This document shows positions 52,570 through 64,000 of a DNA stretch of 64,000 nt, piece by piece. Under the pieces are notes generated by a model, which did no database searches, was not told where the DNA came from, and worked only from the letters and a program-made list of their open reading frames with translations. The first letter of the stretch is position 1. Each line of letters starts with the position of its first letter. Both the position numbers and the translations under genes were made by a program. The DNA lies in NCBI GenBank assembly GCA_010093995.1, contig ML992504.1, positions 868,001 through 932,000 on the forward strand. The letters are read 5' to 3'. The DNA is from Elsinoe ampelina. Taxonomy: Eukaryota.

Positions 52570-55109
52570 TATAATAAACCTATAGCTAGGCTATAGATAA
52601 GCTAATTAGAAGTATAGCTAGACTACACTAGAGAAGTATAAAAGGAAGTAGAGGAACTAACTATCTTAGATTACTCCGCTTATAAGTAATTAGAGTAACT
52701 ACTACTTATAATTGCTTAAGGTAATTATAATATAATATAAGATATATACTATACTTCCTTTTATAAGTAATACTATAGTTAACCTTATCTAGATAGTAAA
52801 CACTAGTATTACTAAGGCTAGCCTTTATAATACTACTTAATTATACTTTATTATCTATAAGATATACTTTCTCTAACTCTTACCTTAGTACTATATTACT
52901 ATAGAAGTAAAACTATCTTATTCTTAGCTTAGCTTAGACTACTAGTATAAGCTATATTTAGATAATTTATAATATTTTAACTATTCTTACTATAGTATAG
53001 TATACTATAAGGTTAATAAGTATCTTTTACTCTAAGTTACTTTTAATATTTTTAATCTTTAGTAAGCTAAGTAAGCTTACTATTAATAATATATCTACTA
53101 TAGGATCTAATAAGAAGAAGTATTACTTTAAGTACTTTAAAGAGTTAAAAGGAGAAGTAGAAAAGATTAATATAAAGCTCTTCTATAAAGATTAAGCTTA
53201 GCTCTAGAGCTTCTTAGTTTAGCTTAAAGCTTTATTTAACTTTAAACCTAAAGACTTTTCTAATAATAAGTCTAAGGTTATATATATATCTTTAAAACTT
53301 AAAGGAGTTACCTTTAGATAGTTTAAGCTATATATAACTACTTACTATAATAATATAGCTAGTAAAGAAACTAAGAAGATTTATAAAGACTTTAATACTT
53401 TTAAAGAGAAAATAAAATAAGTCTTTAATATCTCTAATAATAAATATATAGTAGTAGCTAAGATTAAGAATCTCTAATAAAGAAGTTTAGCTACTACCTA
53501 CTATACTTAGTTTTAGTAGCTTATTATTTACCTTAACTAGGATAAATATACTAAGTAAGCTACCTTCTATAAGGAGCTTAGTAATACTATTAAGAATTAA
53601 ATAATAGAAGAACTTTTATCTAAGTATTAGAATTTAGTTAATAAGTCTATTAGTATTAATAATTAGCTTTATAAATAATAACTAGAAAGAAATAAAAGCT
53701 ACTAATATATGTCTTAATCTTACTAGAAGTAAGCTAATCTATATAACTATAAAGACTCTATAAAACTAAATACTATATACTAAAGCTACCCCTTATAGAT
53801 ACTAGGCTAAGGCTATAGAGGAAAGTTCCTTAATAGAAAAGAGAAAAAAAAGTATAGGTAAAAAAACTTATATTTTAAGTATAAAAGACTTAGATATTAG
53901 ACTAAGGACTACTAATAAAAAGTACTAGCTAATAGATTATATATAATAGTTACTAGACTAGTAAAGAAAAAGGCTAATACTACTATAGAAGATCTAATAA
54001 CCTTTAGTATAGGTAAAGAAATATAGAAAAAGTCTATAATAACTTAAGAAGTAAAAGAGCTTTTTCTAAATACTATACTTAGTATTTCTATAATACTATT
54101 AGAAAGAAGTAAACTATATAATATATTATTATAAGTAGCTTATTATAATAACTCTTATTATATTTACTTATTAGATAAGTAAGAATCTAGTTAGTTTCTA
54201 TATAAGCTATCTAAGAGTAAGTAACTAATAAAATAGCTAGACTAAGCTTATCTAGAGAGCTTTTCTATAATTAATATAGAAGTATCTAGATAGTAGATTA
54301 TTAATAATAATAATTGCTATATAATTATCTTAATATAGCTATAAGATATATAGAAAGAAACTTATAAGATATACTTTAGCTCTTATAGTAAATATAAAAA
54401 GTAATTTTACTATATTTTACTAGAAGTATATATAAATCTCTAGTATAAATAGTAGTATATTAAGTACTTATATAATATCTTAGAAGAAGATATAGTTATA
54501 TTAACTAAGATAGCTAGCCTATTAGTTATATAAACTAATAATTCTATTTCCTATAGCTAGGTATATAAATATATATACTATAGCTTTACTAACTATAATT
54601 ATATAAGAGAAAGTAATAAAGATAGTAATAATAATAAGTATAATAAAGAATATAAAGAATAACTATAATATAATAATACTAATATTAACTTATTTAATAA
54701 TAAGAAATAACTTAACGTTCTAAAGAGAATAGGTAATCTTAAGGCCTATCTAACAGATATATAGAAAGACTATCTAATAATATATATCTACTATTAGTAC
54801 TATCTACTCTAGGATAGAGCCTAAGAACTAATCTATATATTTAACACTAATAAGTAGCTATATATAAAAGGTAAAGTTATTCTAGTTTATATATATATAA
54901 ATATATTATACTATAAATAAAGTATCTTAGGTATTTATAAGTACTAAGAATAATAACTATCTATAGTTTACTTATACCTTAGTAATTTTAATAAAACTAA
55001 AGTAGCTTAATAGGTCTACTACTAATAATAGATTAGGATAGAGTAAGATATATTACTTCTCTTAGGATTAGTAATAATAAAAAACTAGCTAGTTATTACC
55101 TTAAGAGGT

Positions 55110-58100
55110 TGTTACGAACCGTCTAAATATAGCCTACGCTAGTAGTCTAAGCTAAGCTAGGAACGAGGTAGTTCTACTTCTATAGTAGTATAGTACTAAG
55201 GTAAGAGTTAGAGAAGGTATATCTTACAGATAATAAAGTACGATTAGATAGTATTATAAAGGCTAGCCTTAGCAATACTAGTGTTTGCTATCTAGACGAG
55301 GTTAACTATAGTACTTATATAAGGTAAGGACTATTCCTATATATATATATTCTTTATTATGTTCTCTATATGCTCTATGTACTCCATAGCGAGAGTCGGG
55401 AGCAATATAGAGTATACGTCCGCTAGTAACCTACGTGCTCTATAGTTTTAGGGGTAGAGCCGCTAGAGAAGATAGAGAACTAAGTAAACATCGGGCTAGG
55501 TTACGTAATAATCTCGGTAGCTTAATTAGTCCTAACGTCCCTATATTCTAGCTGTCCTACTAGTTTATAATATTACTCTCCTTCTTTAATTAAGTTGTCC
55601 TAACGAGTAAGTATCCTTTCTTATTCTTATACGCCATATACTAAATATGTCTCCTAGTTATTAAAGGCATAGCAAATCTAGTATATCCGCACGAAAGAAT
55701 CTCTTAGAGTTTATCGAACTATTCGGAACTAATATGCTATAGGCTTATTCTTGTTACAAATTAAAGAGACTAGACTATAAGGTCTATGTTCGGTCGGGTA
55801 TCTATAGCTAGTATGTTATAAGTAACTACTCGAGTTATAATATTCAAGTAACAAAATTGAAATAGTAGCGTCTTTAGTCTAAGCGTATTTATTTGCGAAA
55901 GGAATTAGTTATAGCTAAGACTACTAGAAGGGAAGCTAAAGAAGCTTATAAAAAGGCGAAAGAGGCTTATTAAAGAGCTATAGGCAATAAGCTTCGCCTA
56001 TGCGAAGAGATATAAAAGTTAAAGGATAAGGTAGAGAAAGTAATCTCTCTAGAAGAGACTCGTATTTAAGTCTTAAAGTAGGAGGAAATACTATCGTCGG
56101 TGGATTCTGTCCTACTATAGAACTAGTAGTTATTTATACCTAACTCTAATTAGAGTTCCTTACTTAGCAACGATTAAGGTGCTTCTATTAGTTAAGCGAT
56201 CTTCCTTAGGTATTCTCGTTTTTGTTTAGTATTTAGAGTGCTAGGTCTATCTAGTTAGTTTACTTAGGATAGGTTCTCGATCTAGTAATCTAGAATTACT
56301 TACGAGGTAAGGTGCTCCTCTAGTTCCTATATTACTTTACTATACTAATGTCCCTTCTAGTAAATAAGATAGTAGCATTTTCCTTTTATAAGTTTATAAC
56401 ATAAAACCCTTTCTATCTTATACCATAGCTCCTATGTTTCTTCCTCTAGTTCGATAGGTCTAGGTATAGTATTCTATAGTGCTTTCTCTAGTAGTAATAT
56501 ATAAAAGACTAGATAAATCCTTATATGTCTTAGTAGTTCTAGTTTATATACGTTCTTGTTTTTCTTTTCTAGGATCTTAAAGGGTCCTAGTTTAGTGTAG
56601 TTAAGTTTCTTACTTAGTTGTTTCGTTTTAATATTTTTACTAAGAAGGTAAACTTTCTCTCTCTTCTATAGAATTAGTCCTGTAATTCTCTTTCGGTTAG
56701 TAAACTCTACTATTCTTTGTAATATAAATACTATATTATAGTATAGCTAGTTATATAGTTTCTTAATGTTAGCTACTAGTATGTTAGCATCCTTAGATAC
56801 TAGCTTAATTCTAAGTATGTTATAGTATAGATCTAGGTATATTCTATAGTTTACGTAGAATAGTAAAATTCTATTTGCTAACTTTCTATTATTAATAGCG
56901 AGCTCTACGAGCAGTAATAGTGTCGCCTATAAGTCTTACTTATAGTTTAGGTAGCATTATAGGTACTACTCTAGTACTTAATTTGCCTATTTAGTTTGTC
57001 TATCTGTTTGTAGGTGAAAGGAGATTAATAGCTTATATTTAACTCCTAGTAGGTCTACAAATAATTGCTAGAATTATAATGTAAATAGCTTATCCCTATT
57101 GGTTATTAGGTCTTATAGTACTCCGTGTTATAAAACAATTATTCGGAGGAAGATAAAGGCTATATCCTTAGCAGTTATTATTGTCTTATATAGGACAAAG
57201 TAGTAATACTTTGTAAACCTATCTACTAGGACTAGAATACTATTGTACTTTATACCTATAAAAGGTTCTTCTAATAGTAGTAGAGGTCCTATAAAGTCTA
57301 TTATAACTAATTGCCATAGTTTGTCTAGTAGTAGCAAGGGTTATAGTAGGCTATATAGTCTATATCGAGAGTGCTTAGACTTATAGCATGTATCGTAGGC
57401 GGCAATATACGTCTTAACATCGTTTTAAAGTTCTTTCTAGAGGTAGTTTTATGTAATAAGTTTAATAGTCTTATTAATCCCGCTATGTCCCGCTATTAGG
57501 TTATTATAGTGTATTTAAATAACTTCTTTCTTCTGTTCTTACGTAAGCTCCTAGGTAAGGCTATATAACTACTCTACCTTCGGGTACTTATAGACTAGAG
57601 CGCTGTCCTACTACTTTAGTATAGAGGCCTCTATTATTGTTATGTTTTTTAAGTAATCTAGCTAGTAGCTAAGAGCGTCTACTCCGCTATTCTCTAATCC
57701 CTTAACATAGTAGATCTAGAAGTTATAGCTTATAAGTGTTTCTAACTATCGAACCTGTTGTCTATTAAGAACCTTAGTTATTGTCTAATATAGAAGGTTC
57801 TTATAGTTAGTATAGACTTATACGAGTAAGGTTATCCCTTCTAGGTATACTCTCTATTTGCGGAACGCTTCTATAATTGTAAGTAATTTCTTGTCGTATA
57901 TATCGTAGTTAAGTTTAGGTCCAGTTATTTTTTGTAAGTAGTATATAATTAAGTAGCGTTATTCTTCTACGCTCTTCTACGCTAGATATACTTCTATTAC
58001 AAAGTCTAAGGCATCTATTTCTAGTAGTGCTTATCGGTCTAGGTTAAAGAGTACTAGGACAGGTGCTATTATAAGCCTAAGCTTTAGCTCCTTAAAGGCC

Positions 58101-61100
58101 TACCTATACCTCTTATTAAAGACAAAGCTAGTTTCCTTTTTCGTAAGGTTAGATATTAGCGTAGCTACCTTAGAGAATCCTTTAATAAACTTATAGTAGT
58201 AGTTAAAGAACTCTAGTAGCGCTTAAACCTCCTTAACTGTCGTAGGTTCCGGCTAGTCGTTTACTAACTTAATCTTCTTCGAATTAGGTCCGATACTATT
58301 AGTAGATATAACATAGCCTAGAAATTATATCTTGTGTTTATAGAACTTATACTTAGAGAGTTTTACTAGTAGGTCTTTTTCTTTTAGTTTCTATAGTACT
58401 TTATAAACATGTCCTATGTGTTTATTATACATCTTTAAGAAGATAATAATATTATCTAAATATACTAAGACAAAATTGTTAAGGTATTCTTATAGAGTAT
58501 TATTAATTAACTCTTAGAAGGTTATAGGAGCGTTAGTTAACCTAAAGAGCATAACGAGGTACTTATATAGACTCTATTACGTCCTAAAAGCTATCTTCTA
58601 CTCCTCGCTCTCCTTTATTTATACTTAATAATAGGCGTCCCTAATGTTAATTACGGTAAACTATTTAGCTCTAAGTAGTCGGTCTTAAAGTTTGTTAATT
58701 CTTAGTAGGGGATAGCGATTCTTTCTAGTAAGTGTATTAAGTTTCTAGTAATTAATATATATTTATAACGTTCTATCCTTTTTTAGTGCAAAAAGCACTC
58801 CGTGCATAATAGGTAATTTTAATAGTCGTATAAATCCTTTAAGTAAGTACTTGTCGATGTAGTTCTTAAGGACATTCTTCTCTTATTTCAATAGTAGTAT
58901 AAGACCTTAATAGTGTATTAGAGATTTACCTTCTTTAAAAGGTATTTTATAATTCTATAGTTTATGTTAGAGTAAGGCTATAATGCCTTCTCTTTCTTTA
59001 AACAAGTCCTTAAAGTCTTTATATTCTAGCGGAAGTGCTTAATTACTTACGCTAGCGATAGCTCTAACTATTAGTCGTACCTATACTATTCTTATAGTTA
59101 GTATCTATAGAGCTAATTATGCTCCCTATGTTCTATAATTACACTTAGGGAATTCAAGTGTTTCTTTAATCTAGTCTATATCTAGATTGTGTTATTAAAG
59201 CTAGTCTATACTAAGTACTATATTGTACTATATATTAACTATATCGATTAATTATTTTTCCGTATGTGTTCTAATTTAGATTATAACGTTTTATAGTTCC
59301 TAAGTAACTTTCCCGTTCTTCCCTATAGAGGTTCTATTCGCTATAGTAAGTAGGTAAGGTAACTCCTTCTAGTATTAATAAGGTTTAAGCTAATTAGTAA
59401 CTGTTATAGAGACATAGCTATAGTTAGCTCCTAAATCTATTATTACTCTTACCTTACTCTCTTATATTTTAACTTCTAGTATAAAGTAGTTTAACATATA
59501 AATCTTTATTATATTAAGGCTTTAGCTAGTGTTATTGTCTTACCTTATTAGGCAATAACTAGCTAGTTTTTTGTCATTATAGCTCCTTAGATAAGTAGTT
59601 AATCCCTTCCTACACGTATCTACTATTAGTACTATATCTATTAGGCAAGTCGTGTTTTGTCGCTATTTAATATAGTAAGGTAAACTTCTAGCGCCTAAGT
59701 CCCTTAGTAACTATAAAGTCTAATAATTCTCTACTAGTTGCACTAAGTAGTGTTATATACCTATATAGGTATAACTATTCCTTCTAGGTGTAGCTAGGTA
59801 TTAGCATTAAAGACAAAAACAAGTTATGTAGATTTATCTTATCGCGTCCTATTCTAGTAGTAGATGTATATTATTATATAATTCCTCTATATCTCTATAA
59901 GGTATGCTTTAAGTCGTCTACCTAATAGTGGTACGTCGTTGTTGTTATTGTTAAATAAGTCCTTATCCGTGTTATTATATTATAGTTGTTTAGTATATTC
60001 TTCGTTGTATTTCTCTTCGTCGCTACTGTCCCTAGCATAGTTATAGTTAGTAAGGCTATACTAAGTATATTCTTTTACTTAGCTATAGGGAATAGTACTA
60101 TCTATCTCAATTACTAAGAAGTCTATAGTATATTTAAGACTAATAGCGTCTTCTCTAAGCATATCGTGTAAGTAGATAGTATAGTACTATTTATAATTTA
60201 GATTTGTACATTTCTAGAGCGATATATAATACACCTTTCCTTGTAGTTCGCTATAAAGGCTAAAGGTAAGGCTACTATATTATTGCGTAGTACTTGCGTT
60301 CTAATACTTTGTCTCGATAATTATATATTAGTAATTGTCGCTAACTACCTTCTAAGGTTAGTTAATGTTACTACTAATTATAGAGAGCCTTTCTAGGTTA
60401 AGCCTCTAGTCTAGCTATTTTGTTAGTTACCTACGCTTAGATAGCTTATATAGGAACTAACTAGATCCCTACTTGTCTAATAAGTAAATATAATAAGAGT
60501 TATTATAATATACTATCTATAATAGCGTTACGTATTAGCTTTGTTATTCGCTGTTAGTCGTAGAGATATTAAGCGTAATATCCGAAGAGGATTCTATTAC
60601 CTCTTAAGTCGTTATAGACTTCTTCTATGTTTCCTTACCTACGCTAAAGGTTGTTAGGTCTTCTATAGTAGTGTTAGCCTTTTTTTCTACTAGCCTAGTA
60701 ACTATTATATATAATTTATTAGCTAGCGTCTCTTGTCGGTAGTCCCTAGCCTAATACTTAGGTCTTTTACACTTAAAACATAAATTATCTCGTCTATACT
60801 TCTCTCTCTCTTTTCTACTAAGGAACTTTCCTCTACGACTATAGCCTTATACCTATAAGAGGCAGCCTTCGTATATAGTATTAAGTTCTATAGAGTCTCT
60901 ATAGTTTCGAGAGGAACGCGTATATCTAGTATTTACCTTATATCTCCTATAACGTTCTATATGTCGTTTGTAAAGTCTATTATTAATAGTAATTATAGTG
61001 TCTACTAGTTCCTAAAGGCTATTAAGCGGCTCGAGTATTATTTAGTCTTTAACCGAGTCGCTTAGTCCTTAATAGAATACTAAGTGTTTAGTACTATCGT

Positions 61101-62127
61101 TCTAGTCTAGGTATATTACGAGTTGTTAGAACTAGAAATAGTACTAGGCTATAGATCTATATTGTTGTAATTATTAGATCTTCGTTATAGCGACGCATTT
61201 CTCGTTAGATACGTTAAAGACTTACTTAATCTTTGCCTAGAAGATGCTAAAGCTCTTAAAGATAGCCTTTATATCTAGGCCTAGTTATCTATCTAGGTAG
61301 CTACTTATATAAGGCTCGAACTACCCGAAGGTAGCGCCCTTAAGGTGTATCTCGGCATAGAGGACCTTTACTGCGTCGTTGCTATACTTGTCTCTCTCTA
61401 GAGCAAAGAAGGCTTTAAGTTAAACAAGAAAGTGCCTTAAGTAGGCGCAGTCCCTGTAGAAGAGTTCTATCTCTAACTTAGGCCTACTTCGTCCTTCTAT
61501 ACTAAAAGACCTTCTATGTTTGCCCGAGGTTAAACTAGTAGTAGATATGTCGTTAATAATAAGCTTTCCTAGCTTACTAGTAATTAAAGATGCTAATAGT
61601 AACTTAGAGCAAGAGTTACTTATTAACCTCGTAGTGTACTATGCTATAGTAAGGGTAGTTAAAATGTTACGAACTGTCTAAATATAGCCTATACTAGTAG
61701 TCTAAGCTAAGCTAGGAACAAGGTAGTTCTACTTCTATAGTAGTATAGCACTAAGGTAAGAGTTAGAGAAGGTATATCTTATAGATAATAAAGTATAATT
61801 AGATAGTATTACAAAGGCTAGCCTTAGCAATACTAGTGTTCGCTATCTAGACGAGGTTAACTATAGTACTTATATAAGGTAAGAACTATTCCTATATATA
61901 TGTGTTCTCTATTACGTTCTCTATATACTCTATATACTCCGTAGCGAGAGTCGGGGGCAATATAAAGTACACGTCCGCTAGTAACCTACGTGCTTAGTAG
62001 TTTTAGAGGTAGAGCTACTAGAGAAGATAAAGAACTAGGTAAACGTTAGGCTAAGTTACGTAATAATCTCGGTAGCTTAATTAGTCCTAACGTCCCTATA
62101 TTCTAGCTGTCCTACTAGTTCGTAACA
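55110..62127 (-). mobile_element. Complete 7,018 bp Ty3/gypsy chromovirus with 463 bp LTRs (55110-55572, 61665-62127) and a 5 bp TSD GAGGT
   Basis: TGTTACGAAC...GTTCGTAACA LTR ends; GAGGT at 55105-55109 and 62128-62132; PPT next to 55572; gag knuckle NLCFKCKRP (~60787-60740); RT YLDD (~58455); integrase DFIGPL...LVLVDRFTKY (ORF 57128-57337); chromodomain YYLIHWKG...ATWEPEEHL (~56380-56310). Confidence 0.96.
55647..56195 (+). pseudogene. Antisense accessory ORF of the chromovirus: Zn2Cys6-like cluster plus coiled coil (RIP-degraded)
   Basis: Intact ATG at 55647 and only TAA/TAG stops in frame. De-RIP ACSCCKSKGLDCKVHVRSGICGQCVASNRSSCD (C-x2-C-x6-C-x8-C-x2-C-x7-C), followed by EWQRLQSERIRLRKELAAAETARREAEEAYEKAKEAHQRA. 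Confidence 0.72.
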
Positions 62128-64000
62128 GAGGTATAATAATAATACTAGCTAAAGCCTTAGTATAATAAAGATATAAGTATTAAACTACTTTATCTTATAA
62201 GCTTAAATATAAAAATATAAAGTAAAAGCAATAATAGATTTAGAAGCTAACTATAGCTATATTTCTATAATAATAGCTAGCTAGCTAAAATCTTATAAAT
62301 AATAAAAAAAGCTACTTTACTTACTTACTATAGTAGATAGAACTTCTATAGGAAAAGATAGAAAAGTTACTTAAGAACTATAAAATATTATAATTAGAAT
62401 TAATATATATATAGAAAAATAATTAATTAATATTATAGATATATAGTATAATATAATATTAAGTATAGACTAGCTTTAAGAATATAATCTAGATATAGAC
62501 TAGATTAATAAAATACTTAAATTTTCTAAGTATAATTATAAGATATAAGAAGTATAATTAGCTTTATAGATACTAACTATAAGGATAGTATAGGTATAAC
62601 TAATAGTTAGAGCTATTACTAGTATAAGTAATTAAATACTTTTACTAGAATATAAAGACTTTAAAGACTTATTTAAGGAAAGAGAAAGTATTATAGCTTT
62701 ACTCTAATTTAAACTATAGAATTATAAAATACCTTTTAAGAAAGGTAAATCCCTAATATATTATTAAGGTCTTATATTATTATTAAAATAAAAAAAAGAA
62801 TATTCTTAAGAACTATATTAATAAGTACTTACTTAAAGGATTTATATAACTATTAAAATTACTTATTATATATAAAATACTTTTTATACTTAAAAAAGAT
62901 AAAATATTATAAATATATATTAATTACTAGAAACTTAATATACTTACTAAGAAGAATTACTATTTCTTACTAAGGATTAATAAACTTTAAAACTAACTAC
63001 TTAGAGCTAAATAATCTACTTTAATTAATATTAAAGATACTTATTATTAAGTATAAATAAAGAAAGATAAAAAGTAGAAAATAGCTTTTAAAATATAATA
63101 GAGTTTATATAAGTACTTTATTATACTCTTTAAGTTAACTAATATTTCTATAACCTTCTAAGAGTTAATTAATAATACTTTATAAAAATACTTTAATAAC
63201 TTTATCTTAGTATATTTAGATAATATTATTATCTTCTTAAAGATATATAATAAATATATAAGATATATTTATAAAGTACTATAGAAACTAAAAGAGAAAG
63301 ACTTACTAGTAAAACTCTTTAAGTATAAGTTTTATAAGTATAAGATATAATTTCTAAGCTATATTATATCTACTAATAGTATTAGATCTAATTTAAAAAA
63401 GATTAAATTAGTTAATAATTAGCTAGAACCTACTATAGTTAAAGAGGTTTAAGTACTACTAGGATTCTTTAACTACTACTATAAGTTTATTAAAAGGTTT
63501 TTTAAGGTAGTAATATTAATATTTGACTTTATAAAGAAAAAAACTAGCTTTATCTTTAATAAAAAATATAAATAAGCCTTTAAAGAGCTTTAGCATTAAC
63601 TAACTATAGTACTTATTTTAGTACTCTTTAACCTAGACTAATAAGCCTTACTAGAAATAGATACTTTAGACTTTATAATAGAAGTATATCTAGTATAGAA
63701 AGATATAGAAGAATAATACTACTTAATTATATATTACTTATAAAAAATAACTAGACCTAAACTTAACTATAATATATATAATAAAGAATTACTTATAATT
63801 ATAAAAGTATTCTATAAGTAGAAGATATATCTAAAAGAAATAACTTTACTAGTATAAGTCTATACTAACTATAAGAACCTTCTATATTAGATAATAACTA
63901 AAGTTCTTAATAGATAATAGGTTTAATAGTTAGAAACGCTTATAAGTTATAACTTTTAGATTTACTATATTAAAGAATTAAAAAATAGTAAAGTAGATAC

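Larger units (their letters stand above)
26401..64000. other. AT-rich, RIP-mutated repeat compartment
   Basis: Abrupt switch at ~26,400 to TpA-saturated, CpA/TpG-depleted sequence. Stops are almost all TAA/TAG, and paired repeats differ mostly by C>T / G>A transitions. Confidence 0.97.
52570..64000 (+). mobile_element. Outer Ty3/gypsy LTR retrotransposon (5' LTR 52570-52974; gag; pol resumes at 62133 and runs off the window), heavily RIP-mutated
   Basis: Zinc knuckle LCFKCERPGHWxKDC (de-RIP, ~53868-53911); AAAAAAC-TAG at ~55079; RT YLDD as TAT TTA GAT AAT (~63213). Collinear with the inner element. Confidence 0.9.

Noticed and set aside
57128..57337. Independent small gene
   Set aside because: It is a surviving fragment of the gypsy integrase core.

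Overview
Eukaryotic DNA from a filamentous ascomycete, probably a Dothideomycete (inferred from intron signals and gene content). It has two sharply separated compartments. Bases 1-26,400 are GC-balanced and gene-dense, with intron-containing genes: Dpy-30/Sdc1, RPS13, an EPT1/CPT1-type phosphotransferase, Hsp70 SSB, a doubly frameshifted orphan secreted-protein gene, a flavin amine oxidase, a HeLo-like-N/ankyrin protein, OGG1, a LanC-like protein, RAX2 and a GT31 glycosyltransferase. Bases ~26,400-64,000 are an AT-rich block mutated by RIP, where the ORF track is nearly empty. Reversing C>T/G>A changes by hand resolves this block into a nest of four transposons. A minus-strand Ty1/copia element is interrupted by (i) a ~21.6 kb TIR-bounded DNA transposon (30,626-52,274, TT target duplication) and (ii) a plus-strand Ty3/gypsy element. 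The DNA transposon encodes a Plavaka-type transposase, SNF2-family helicase cargo and several unidentified genes, arranged as a mosaic ~6.8 kb internal duplication. The gypsy element is itself interrupted by a complete 7,018 bp minus-strand chromovirus of the same family. Both the copia and the complete chromovirus carry an extra antisense Cys-rich ORF near the 3' LTR. All de-RIP translations are manual reconstructions, and no database searches were run.
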